Below are positions 55,382 to 64,000 of a stretch of DNA of 64,000 nucleotides, piece after piece; the first letter of the stretch is position 1, and each line of letters starts with the position of its first letter. The stretch is from Accumulibacter sp. (lineage in GTDB: Bacteria > Pseudomonadota > Gammaproteobacteria > Burkholderiales > Rhodocyclaceae). The stretch spans positions 10,487 through 74,486 of the forward strand of contig JAIFKU010000082.1 of the NCBI GenBank assembly GCA_020049495.1, read 5' to 3'. The notes below the pieces were generated by a model. It saw only the letters and a list, made by a program, of their open reading frames with translations, was not told where the DNA came from and made no database searches. Position numbers and translations under genes: made by a program.

Positions 55382-56745
55382 GCAACTTCCTTTACTACCT
55401 GGCGGCTTTTGCTCTGGTTCTTGGTGTTCTGATTATTGTCCATGAGTATGGGCACTATATCGTGGCACGCTGGGTCGGCGTCAAGGTGCTGCGATTCTCG
55501 GTGGGTTTTGGCCGGGCCCTGTGGTCGAAACAGATCGGTCGTGATGGTACCGTTTGGGCCATCGGAATATTTCCTCTGGGTGGTTACGTCAAGATGCTGG
55601 ATGAACGCGAAGGCGATGTTCCCCCTGAGGAGTTGCACCGCAGTTTCAATCGGCAGAGTGTTTGGCGACGCATGGCGATCGTTGCAGCGGGACCCGTCGC
55701 CAATCTGTTCCTGGCGATATTCATTTACTGGGGGCTTTTCTGGCACGGCATGGAAGAATTGAAGCCCATTCTTGGTACGCCCGTTGCGGCGAGTCCTGCG
55801 GCGGCGGCTGGTCTGGAGAATGGAGAACGGGTACTCAGAGTCGGCGGCGAACTGGTTCAGACCTGGCAGGACATGCGATGGGTACTGCTGCGCCGGTCTG
55901 TTGACCAGGATTCGATTGAATTTGAGGTCATCAATCAGCGCAATGAAATCAGCGTACGCCGCCTTGATGTTTCGTCCGCCAGAGCTAAAGGATGGGAGGG
56001 TGATGCTCTGGGAAAACTGGGGATCAGCTTTTACCGCCCGATAGTCCCTTCAGTGATTGGAAAAATAAGCGAGCGGAGTCCTGCCGCTGCAGCCGGCCTC
56101 GTGCCCGGGGATGAAATTCTGCTGATCAACGACAAGCCAATCACCACCTGGTCCGAAGTTGTGCTTGCCGTGCGCAGTTCGCCCGGTAAGCCCCTGGATT
56201 TTGTAATTAGCCACCAAGGCGAACGTCGTGTCATCGAAATAACGCCGATCCCTGTCGTTGAAGGCGAACGTGAAATCGGGCGCATTGGAGCAACGGTCAA
56301 AAATGCCGGTAGCTCCAGAAGTGAACTGATGATTACGGTTCGTTACGGACTGCTGTCCGCTCTCGACAAGGCTATTGACGAGACTTGGGATAAATCTGTT
56401 TTCAGTCTGGTGATGATCGGAAAGATGCTGACCGGCGAAGCGTCCTGGCGCAACATCAGCGGACCGGTAACGATTGCCGATTACGCAGGCCAATCGGCAA
56501 AACTCGGAATTGACTACTATCTCAAATTCCTTGCTCTAGTCAGCATCAGCCTTGCCGTGCTGAATTTGCTGCCCATTCCGATTCTGGATGGTGGGCATTT
56601 GTTGTATTATGTTGTCGAAATCATAAAGCGTGGGCCGCTTTCGGAGCGCAGCATGGAAATAGGCCAGCAAATCGGACTGGCCCTGATGCTGATACTGATG
56701 GCGTTTGCTTTCTACAATGATATCAATCGATTGATTTCCGGCTGA
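55378..56745 (+). CDS. rseP: RIP metalloprotease RseP
   Basis: HEYGH, two PDZ domains, [11 protein letters not shown]. Confidence 0.96.
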   Translation: MSNFLYYLAAFALVLGVLIIVHEYGHYIVARWVGVKVLRFSVGFGRALWSKQIGRDGTVWAIGIFPLGGYVKMLDEREGDVPPEELHRSFNRQSVWRRMAIVAAGPVANLFLAIFIYWGLFWHGMEELKPILGTPVAASPAAAAGLENGERVLRVGGELVQTWQDMRWVLLRRSVDQDSIEFEVINQRNEISVRRLDVSSARAKGWEGDALGKLGISFYRPIVPSVIGKISERSPAAAAGLVPGDEILLINDKPITTWSEVVLAVRSSPGKPLDFVISHQGERRVIEITPIPVVEGEREIGRIGATVKNAGSSRSELMITVRYGLLSALDKAIDETWDKSVFSLVMIGKMLTGEASWRNISGPVTIADYAGQSAKLGIDYYLKFLALVSISLAVLNLLPIPILDGGHLLYYVVEIIKRGPLSERSMEIGQQIGLALMLILMAFAFYNDINRLISG

Positions 56746-56749
56746 ACTT

Positions 56750-59092
56750 ATGAAGAAAAACCTGCTTGCGGGTCTGATTGCCACCTTGCTCGTCTCTGGC
56801 GCATCCGCCTTTGAACCCTTTACGGTCAAGGATATTCGCGTTGACGGTATTCAGCGTACTGAAGCCGGTACGGTATTCAGCTATCTCCCGGTCAAGGTCG
56901 GGGATACCATGACCGACGACAAGGCTGCGCAAGCAATCAAAGCCTTGTTCGCCACCGGTTTTTTCAAGGATGTACGCATTGAGATCGCTGACGGGGTCGT
57001 CATTGTGGCCGTGGAAGAACGTCCGGCCATTGCACAGATAGATTTTGTCGGTCTCAAAGAATTTGAAAACGACCAGATGATCAAGGGCTTGAAGGAAGCG
57101 GGATTTGCTGTTTCGCGCTCCTTTGACCGTAGCATGCTTGAGCGGGCAGAGCAGGAATTGAAGCGCCAGTATCTTACGCGTGGTAAATATGGTGTTTCAA
57201 TTACGACTACGGTAACACCGCTGGAACGCAATCGCGTGTCGATCAACTTCAACATCGACGAAGGCGATGCCTCAAAAATCAAGCAGATCAATATCGTGGG
57301 TGCCCAGGCCTTCAAGGAAAAGGACCTGCAAGCGCTTTTTCAGTTGCAAACACCCAACTGGATCAGTTGGTACACAAAAAACGACCAGTATTCAAAACAG
57401 AAACTTGCCGCTGATCTGGAGGCATTGCGCTCCTACTACCTAAATCGTGGTTTCCTCGAATTCAATATTGAATCAACGCAGGTATCGATAAGCCCTGACA
57501 AAAAGGACATTTACATTACAGTCAGTGTGTCCGAAGGGGAGCGCTACATTGTATCGTCTGTCAAACTGGCCGGCGATCTCATCCTGCCGGAAGATGAATT
57601 CAGGAAAGCGATGAAAATCAAGCCCGGAGATGTGTTTTCCCGTGAGCATTTGAATGAAAGCACGAAAGCCATCAGCGAAAAACTATCAGCGAAAGGTTAT
57701 GCTTTTGCCAACGTCAATGCGGCCCCCGAAATTGACAAGGATAAACGACAGGTTGCATTCACTGTATTTGTTGATCCAGGAAAGCGTACGTACGTACGTC
57801 GTATCACTATTTCGGGGAATACCAAGACGCGCGACGAGGTGATTCGACAGGAAATTCGCCAGATGGAAGGAGCATGGTACGACGATGAACGGGTGAAACT
57901 CTCGAAGGAGCGAATCGACAAAACCGACTATTTCGGCGAAGTCAATGTCGAAACCCCCCCCGTGCCGGGTACCACCGATCAGGTTGATGTCAACGTTAAT
58001 GTAACGGAAAAATCGACCGGCAATATCTCGCTGGGCGCCGGTTTTTCACAGTCCGAAAAGGTCATGCTTTCGGGTTCCATTTCGCAGTCCAATATTTTTG
58101 GTAGCGGGAAATTCGTGTCCTTGCAACTGAACACGGGCAAGATCAACCGGGCTATCGGTTTGAGTTACAACAATCCCTACTTTACGGTGGACGGCGTCAG
58201 CCAGGGCTTTGATATCTATCACCGGAGGGCGGATCCGCAGACCCTCGGCTACGTTTATAAGACGGCATCAACAGGTGGCGGTATCCGTTTCGGAATTCCG
58301 ATTGCCGAGAAGCAGTCAATCAGTTTTGGTCTGGCCATTGATCAAACAAAAGTCGAGATTGACCCGGTTCAATTTCCGGCTACACCACTTCAGTATATTA
58401 ATTTTAGTAAGAAATTCTGTGGCGGTGACATCTCCTGCAGCAATATCTCGCTTCCCGTGTCGGTCGGCTGGGCCAGCGATACGAAAGATAGCGCTCTGAA
58501 TCCAACCCGAGGCGCTTTGCAGCGAGCCGGTTTTGAAGTCAGTCCGGGCGGTGACCTCAAATACTACAAAGCCAGTTATCAGCACCAGCGTTTTTTTTCG
58601 GTAACGCGAAACATGGTGCTCATGCTTAATGGCGAGCTTGGTTACGCCAAGGGATTCTCTGGCCAGGAGTTGCCCTTTTACAAGAATCTCTATGCCGGCG
58701 GTGTTGGATCGGTTCGCGGGTACGACACGGCAAGTCTCGGCCCTTATGAAGTGCATCCTGCTACAGGTCAAACGGTTCGGCTGGGAGGAACCAAACGGGT
58801 CGTTTTCAATGCTGAATTGTCGATGCCGTTGCCTGGCTTTGGCGCCGATAAATCAATGCGTTTCGGGCCATTCTTTGATGCCGGTCAGGTTTATGGTGAC
58901 GGGACGACCCAAACAAATTGTGTCCAGGCGGGTGGTGTGTGTGACCAAGGTTCAATCCGCATGTCGATGGGTCTGGCGGCGACCTGGGTATCTCCGTTCG
59001 GACCATTAAAATTCAGTTTTGCGCAACCACTTAACAATCAGGATAGTGATAAACTTCAACGTTTCCAGTTCCAGATGGGAACCGCCTTTTAG
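56750..59092 (+). CDS. bamA: Outer membrane protein assembly factor BamA
   Basis: POTRA repeats, VRGY, C-terminal FQFQMGTAF. Confidence 0.96.
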   Translation: MKKNLLAGLIATLLVSGASAFEPFTVKDIRVDGIQRTEAGTVFSYLPVKVGDTMTDDKAAQAIKALFATGFFKDVRIEIADGVVIVAVEERPAIAQIDFVGLKEFENDQMIKGLKEAGFAVSRSFDRSMLERAEQELKRQYLTRGKYGVSITTTVTPLERNRVSINFNIDEGDASKIKQINIVGAQAFKEKDLQALFQLQTPNWISWYTKNDQYSKQKLAADLEALRSYYLNRGFLEFNIESTQVSISPDKKDIYITVSVSEGERYIVSSVKLAGDLILPEDEFRKAMKIKPGDVFSREHLNESTKAISEKLSAKGYAFANVNAAPEIDKDKRQVAFTVFVDPGKRTYVRRITISGNTKTRDEVIRQEIRQMEGAWYDDERVKLSKERIDKTDYFGEVNVETPPVPGTTDQVDVNVNVTEKSTGNISLGAGFSQSEKVMLSGSISQSNIFGSGKFVSLQLNTGKINRAIGLSYNNPYFTVDGVSQGFDIYHRRADPQTLGYVYKTASTGGGIRFGIPIAEKQSISFGLAIDQTKVEIDPVQFPATPLQYINFSKKFCGGDISCSNISLPVSVGWASDTKDSALNPTRGALQRAGFEVSPGGDLKYYKASYQHQRFFSVTRNMVLMLNGELGYAKGFSGQELPFYKNLYAGGVGSVRGYDTASLGPYEVHPATGQTVRLGGTKRVVFNAELSMPLPGFGADKSMRFGPFFDAGQVYGDGTTQTNCVQAGGVCDQGSIRMSMGLAATWVSPFGPLKFSFAQPLNNQDSDKLQRFQFQMGTAF

Positions 59093-59107
59093 TCTAGGAG
59101 AGATAGC

Positions 59108-59617
59108 TTGAACACGAAATTTGCCACGTTGCTGGTTGCATTGATGGCCTCGCTGCCAGTGTCTTACGCGTTGGCATCAGAGATACTAAAGGTGGGTTAC
59201 GTCAATACCCAGCGTATTTTCCGTGATGCACCTACCGCCGTCAAAGCGGCAAAGAAGATCGAAACGGAGTTTTCCAAGCGCGATCAGGAACTCCAGCGGC
59301 TTGCCAAACAACTGCAGACCTTGCAAGAGTCTCTCGAGAAGAATGCGGTGACGATGCCTGACTCCGAGCGGCGCACGAAAGAAAAGGATCTTAACGAATT
59401 GTCACGTGATTTTCAGCGCAAGCAGCGTGAATTCCGTGAAGATCTGAATCTTCGGCAAAATGAAGAAAATGCTGCGATTATCGAGAAGGCCAACAAGGCG
59501 ATCAAGCAACTCGCCGAAAGCGAGAAGTATGATCTGATCGTTCAGGATGTCGTCTGGGTCAGTCCGAAACTTGACGTGACGGACAAAATCATCAAGGCCT
59601 TGTCCGAAGGCAAGTAA
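59108..59617 (+). CDS. skp: Periplasmic chaperone Skp/OmpH
   Basis: Signal peptide, KVGYVN, coiled coil; position after bamA. Confidence 0.9.
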   Translation: MNTKFATLLVALMASLPVSYALASEILKVGYVNTQRIFRDAPTAVKAAKKIETEFSKRDQELQRLAKQLQTLQESLEKNAVTMPDSERRTKEKDLNELSRDFQRKQREFREDLNLRQNEENAAIIEKANKAIKQLAESEKYDLIVQDVVWVSPKLDVTDKIIKALSEGK

Positions 59618-59622
59618 TCAGC

Positions 59623-60660
59623 GTGCCTGTGGAAAAGGGTCTGCGGCTCGACGAAATCGTCACCCGCCTCGGCGGTACGCTTGAGGGTGACGGTTCGGTG
59701 ATCGTTTCTCAGGTCGCTTCCTTGTCTTCGGCTGGTGCAGGCCAGATTGCCTTCCTCTCCAACCCAAAATTCCGGCAGCAATTGAACACGACGAAAGCGG
59801 CGGCGATCATCCTTTCGCCACAGTTTTCCTCTGATACACCACTTCCCCGTATCGTTCATTCCAACCCTTACGCCTACTATGCCCGGGTTGTTGCCCTGCT
59901 CAACCCTGGAAATCGACGCCCACTTGGCGTCCACGCCTCGGCAGTGGTGCATTCGGAAATACCCTCTTCAGCCAGCATTGGTGAACATGTTGTCGTCGGA
60001 GTAGGTGTCAGCATGGGTGACAACGTTACTGTTTATCCCGGTTGTGTGATCGGCGATGGTGTTTCCATCGGTGATGATTCCCTGATTTATCCGAATGTCG
60101 TGATTTATCACGATTGTGCTATCGGCCGGCGAGCGATCATACAGGCGGGTGCAATCATTGGTGGCGATGGCTTCGGTTTCGCCAAGGAAGACAAACGCTG
60201 GATCAAGATCCCGCAGATTGGACGTGTCATCATCGGCGATGACGTGGAAATTGGTGCCAATACGACGATTGATCGCGGTGCGCTGGATGATACGGTGATC
60301 GGTGATGGGGTCAAGCTGGACAATCAGATTCAGATTGCGCATAACGTGAACATCGGGGACCACACCGCAATAGCCGGGTGTGTGGGCATCGCGGGCAGCA
60401 CAAAAATCGGACAGGACTGTACCGTGGGGGGGGCCGGGATGATTGTCGGTCATCTGGACCTGGCTGATGATGTCCATATTTCAGCTGGCACCATGGTGAC
60501 CAAGAGTTTGCGCAAGCCAGGGCAGTACACCAGTATTTACCCACTCGAAGCGCATGAAGAATGGTTACACAACGCAGCACAGATCAAACGACTGGGCAAA
60601 CTTGCCGAGCGAGTTTCTGAACTTGAGAGAAAACTCGAACAAATGGAGAAAACATCTTGA
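59623..60660 (+). CDS. lpxD: UDP-3-O-acylglucosamine N-acyltransferase
   Basis: Hexapeptide repeats, [19 protein letters not shown]. Confidence 0.96.
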   Translation: MPVEKGLRLDEIVTRLGGTLEGDGSVIVSQVASLSSAGAGQIAFLSNPKFRQQLNTTKAAAIILSPQFSSDTPLPRIVHSNPYAYYARVVALLNPGNRRPLGVHASAVVHSEIPSSASIGEHVVVGVGVSMGDNVTVYPGCVIGDGVSIGDDSLIYPNVVIYHDCAIGRRAIIQAGAIIGGDGFGFAKEDKRWIKIPQIGRVIIGDDVEIGANTTIDRGALDDTVIGDGVKLDNQIQIAHNVNIGDHTAIAGCVGIAGSTKIGQDCTVGGAGMIVGHLDLADDVHISAGTMVTKSLRKPGQYTSIYPLEAHEEWLHNAAQIKRLGKLAERVSELERKLEQMEKTS

Positions 60661-61103
60661 ATGCAATGGATATTCACGAAATATTAGAACACTTGCCGCA
60701 TCGTTATCCCTTTCTGCTGGTGGATCGCGTCATGACCTGCGAACCGGGAAAATCAATCCATGCCTACAAGAATATAACGATCAATGAACACTTTTTCGTT
60801 GGCCATTTTCCGCATCATCCGGTAATGCCCGGTGTGCTGATCATGGAGGCTCTGGCTCAGGCGGCCGGCATCCTTTCGTTCAAAACCATGGACGTCAAGC
60901 CTGACGAGAACTCTGTTTTTTACTTTGTTGGTATTGACAACGCCCGTTTCAAGAAGCCGGTGACTGCCGGGGATCAACTTCATTTGCACGTTGAACTTCT
61001 TCGCCAGATGCGTGGCATCTGGAAATACAAGGCTCAAGCCCGCGTCGATGGGGAAGTTGTTGCAGAAGCCGAATTGATGTGCGCCAAACGCGACGTTATC
61101 TGA
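60657..61103 (+). CDS. fabZ: 3-hydroxyacyl-ACP dehydratase
   Basis: [27 protein letters not shown]. Confidence 0.97.
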   Translation: MNAMDIHEILEHLPHRYPFLLVDRVMTCEPGKSIHAYKNITINEHFFVGHFPHHPVMPGVLIMEALAQAAGILSFKTMDVKPDENSVFYFVGIDNARFKKPVTAGDQLHLHVELLRQMRGIWKYKAQARVDGEVVAEAELMCAKRDVI

Positions 61104-61121
61104 TCACAGCGTGAGCACGAG

Positions 61122-61892
61122 ATGATCCATCCAAGCGCAATCATTCATCCAGGGGCCGAACTCGGTTCAGGGGTTTCTGTGGGTCCCTATTCGATTATCG
61201 GCGAGCATGTTCAAATTGGCGATAATACCCGGGTTGGTCCGCACGTCGTGATTTCCGGACGAACACGGATTGGTCGCGATAACCGGATTTTCCAGTTCAA
61301 CTCGATCGGCGAAGTTCCGCAGGACAAGAAATATGCCGGAGAGCCAACGCAACTCGAAATCGGCGATCGCAATACCATCCGCGAGTTCTGTACCTTCAAT
61401 CTGGGTACCGTCCAGGATGCTGGGGTTACGCGTATTGGTGACGATAACTGGATCATGGCCTATGTGCACATCGCGCACGATTGCCAGGTCGGAAACCACA
61501 CCATCTTTGCCAACAATTCACAACTTGCCGGGCACGTTCATATCGATGACTGGGCGATACTGGGCGGCTATACCGGCGTACACCAGTTCTGCCGCATCGG
61601 GGCACATACCATGACGGCTGTGGGTACCGTGGTCTTGCAGGATGTACCGCCCTTTGTCATGGCTGCCGGTAATTCGGCTAGCCCTTATGGCATCAACGCC
61701 GAAGGCCTGAAACGCCGGGGCTTCTCTTCCGATGCCTTGATGGCGCTCAAACGTGCCTACCGGACCTTGTACAAATCCGGTTTGATGCTTGAAGAGGCGC
61801 GTGCCAAACTCGAGGAAGAAGTCAAGTCGCATCCTGAAATTCAGCCCATTCTCGATTTTCTCGCGGTGTCCAAACGCGGCATCATCCGATGA
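61122..61892 (+). CDS. lpxA: UDP-N-acetylglucosamine acyltransferase
   Basis: PQDKKY, HIAHDC, LAGHV, VHQF. Confidence 0.97.
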   Translation: MIHPSAIIHPGAELGSGVSVGPYSIIGEHVQIGDNTRVGPHVVISGRTRIGRDNRIFQFNSIGEVPQDKKYAGEPTQLEIGDRNTIREFCTFNLGTVQDAGVTRIGDDNWIMAYVHIAHDCQVGNHTIFANNSQLAGHVHIDDWAILGGYTGVHQFCRIGAHTMTAVGTVVLQDVPPFVMAAGNSASPYGINAEGLKRRGFSSDALMALKRAYRTLYKSGLMLEEARAKLEEEVKSHPEIQPILDFLAVSKRGIIR

Positions 61893-63070
61893 CAGCAAAG
61901 CCTGTCCGTATCGCCATGGTGGCGGGCGAGGCTTCCGGAGATTTACTGGCCAGCCACCTGATTCAGGCGCTCAAGGCCAAATTGCCTGATGTCGTGTTTT
62001 ATGGGGTTGGTGGTCCAAAAATGGAGATGCAGGGTTTCGAATCCTGGCATCCGCTCGAAAAACTCGCAGTTCGCGGCTATGTCGAAGTGCTCAGGCATTA
62101 TCGTGAAATTTCCGGGATCCGCAACGATTTGAAACGTCGCCTGCTAACCGATCCTCCAGATATTTTCATCGGCGTCGATGCACCTGATTTTAATCTGGCG
62201 CTGGAAAAAACGCTCAAGCAGCGGGGCATTCCAAGTATTCATTACGTTAGTCCGTCGATCTGGGCCTGGCGTGGCAAGCGCATCCACACGATAGGAACTT
62301 CCGTATCGCGAGTATTGGCGCTATTTCCCTTTGAACCGGTTCTCTACGAAAAGCAGGGGATCCCCGTCAGTTACGTGGGACATCCATTGGCCGACATGCT
62401 GCCGCTTGAAGATGGTCGCGCCGGTGCCCGCGAGTTACTAGATTTGCCTGCGAATCAGCCGGTTTTTGCGTTGCTTCCGGGCAGCCGTCAATCTGAACTG
62501 CACTACATGGCGGACACTTTTATCGCGACTGCGCGCGAGGTCCACAAAAAATTGCCGAACGCTCTATTTCTCGTTCCAATGGTGACACGAGAAACCCGCT
62601 TGTTGTTCGAAACGGCGATTTATCGCTGCAATGCGCGTGATTTACCCATACGCATGTTGTTTGGGCACGCACATGATGCCATGATGGCCTCTGACGCTGT
62701 GCTGGTGGCGAGCGGAACGGCGACACTGGAAGCCGCACTGCTCAAGCGCCCGATGGCCATCGTTTACCGGATGGCCTCGTTTTCCTACCGCATGATGCGG
62801 CGCATGGGCTATTTGCCTTATGTCGGCCTGCCCAATATTCTTGCTGGAAAATTCGTCGTTCCGGAATTCATTCAGAACGATGCTACACCGGAAAATCTCG
62901 CCCAAGCCTTGCTCAATTACTACGCAGACAAGGCGACCTGTTCCCGTATCAGCGAAGTTTTCCGCGAGATTCACCTGCAACTCAAGCAGAATACCGCCGA
63001 AAAAGCGGCTATTGCGATTCTTGACAGTCTGCCAGCGGCTTTACCTAACGATGACCTTGTTGCTGCCTGA
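61889..63070 (+). CDS. lpxB: Lipid-A-disaccharide synthase
   Basis: [33 protein letters not shown]. Confidence 0.97.
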   Translation: MTAKPVRIAMVAGEASGDLLASHLIQALKAKLPDVVFYGVGGPKMEMQGFESWHPLEKLAVRGYVEVLRHYREISGIRNDLKRRLLTDPPDIFIGVDAPDFNLALEKTLKQRGIPSIHYVSPSIWAWRGKRIHTIGTSVSRVLALFPFEPVLYEKQGIPVSYVGHPLADMLPLEDGRAGARELLDLPANQPVFALLPGSRQSELHYMADTFIATAREVHKKLPNALFLVPMVTRETRLLFETAIYRCNARDLPIRMLFGHAHDAMMASDAVLVASGTATLEAALLKRPMAIVYRMASFSYRMMRRMGYLPYVGLPNILAGKFVVPEFIQNDATPENLAQALLNYYADKATCSRISEVFREIHLQLKQNTAEKAAIAILDSLPAALPNDDLVAA

Positions 63071-63635
63071 AGGCCTCGTTTGTGGTGTAGATGAAGCCGG
63101 TCGTGGTCCGCTGGCCGGCCCGGTGATGGCTGCCGCGGTTATTCTTGATCTAGCCAATCCTGTCGAAGGCTTGAACGATTCCAAAAAGCTGTCCGCCAAA
63201 CGCCGGGACGCACTGGCCATCGAAATTTACGCCAAGGCATTGGCGTGGGCTGTCGCTGAAGCCAGCGTTGAGGAAATCGACCGGATCAATATTCTTCAGG
63301 CCAGTCTGCTGGCGATGCAACGTGCAGTTGAAAAACTTGTCATCCAGCCGAACAAGGCCTTGATCGATGGAAACCGCTGCCCGAAACTGACCTGCCCGGC
63401 GGAAGCAATTATAGGCGGCGATGGCAAGGTGGCGGCGATTGCGGCAGCGTCCATCCTCGCCAAAACCGTGCGCGACGCCGGTATGCTGGAACTTCACGCC
63501 GTCTATCCCATGTATGGATTTGATCGGCACATGGGTTATCCGACCGCGCTACACCTTGAAGCCTTGCAGAAACATGGAGTGAGTCCGGTGCATCGGCGCA
63601 GCTACGCACCGGTGGCCCGATTGATGCATCCATGA
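63051..63635 (+). CDS. rnhB: Ribonuclease HII
   Basis: [26 protein letters not shown]; start ATG 63051. Confidence 0.96.
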   Translation: MTLLLPEGLVCGVDEAGRGPLAGPVMAAAVILDLANPVEGLNDSKKLSAKRRDALAIEIYAKALAWAVAEASVEEIDRINILQASLLAMQRAVEKLVIQPNKALIDGNRCPKLTCPAEAIIGGDGKVAAIAAASILAKTVRDAGMLELHAVYPMYGFDRHMGYPTALHLEALQKHGVSPVHRRSYAPVARLMHP

Positions 63636-64000
63636 AACATTTTGCTTCGCGCGACAATCCGCATTTCAAGGCTCTGAAAAAACTCTGCCTGAGCGGACGC
63701 GAACGCCGGAAAACCGGACGTTCCCTACTTGACGGCATGCATCTCATCGAGAGCTATGTTCAGTTTATCGGCAAACCTGAGGAAATTGTCGTCAGTGAAA
63801 GCGGAGTAACCCGACGAGAGATTTCGTGCTATCTGCAAGGTGTCAGTCCCGAAACCTCGGTGAGTGTTCTGGCCGATGATCTGTTTGCTGATCTTGCGGT
63901 AGTTGAGACGCCTAGCGGCATCATGGCCGTTGTGACTCAGCCCCGGTGTGCACACGGGTTCAATCAGGAAATTGATGCTGTATTGCTTGATGGCATTCAG
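63632..64000 (+). CDS. TrmH/SpoU family RNA methyltransferase (runs off the window end)
   Basis: [18 protein letters not shown]...LDGMHL...VLLDGIQ; usual position after rnhB. Confidence 0.8.
   Translation, partial: MKHFASRDNPHFKALKKLCLSGRERRKTGRSLLDGMHLIESYVQFIGKPEEIVVSESGVTRREISCYLQGVSPETSVSVLADDLFADLAVVETPSGIMAVVTQPRCAHGFNQEIDAVLLDGIQ

Overview
64 kb of a GC-rich betaproteobacterial chromosome. Gene order and proteins look Rhodocyclaceae-like (inference). There are four blocks. (1) 1-19.2 kb is an accessory stress/signalling region: msrA/msrB, MIF-like tautomerase, YihY, a phosphoketolase with unusual active-site motifs, transaldolase, BON protein, PAS hybrid kinases, CheB-CheR-PAS fusion, stand-alone CheB, a DUF4160/DUF2442 pair, an SLT, two gene relics and several copies of a palindromic MITE-like repeat. 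(2) 19.2-30 kb is core: yecA-like, queF, smc, zipA-like, ligA, galU, hpt, MTI/MTA phosphorylase, def. (3) 30.06-45.6 kb is a metabolic island between def and glnD. It carries a CyuA/YhaM-type cysteine desulfidase, an ATC-hydrolase-family protein, a LIV-type ABC importer, two different DhaK/DhaL pairs with no DhaM, a VOC protein, an M20D amidohydrolase and a sigma54 enhancer-binding protein, with three -24/-12 promoter matches. This is the best candidate for an undescribed system, possibly catabolism of a cysteine-short-sugar conjugate. (4) 45.6-64 kb is the conserved glnD-map-rpsB-tsf-pyrH-frr-uppS-cdsA-dxr-rseP-bamA-skp-lpxD-fabZ-lpxA-lpxB-rnhB-TrmH-family block. No tRNA, rRNA, CRISPR array, integrase or transposase was seen. 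All assignments come from recognising motifs by eye; no searches were run.
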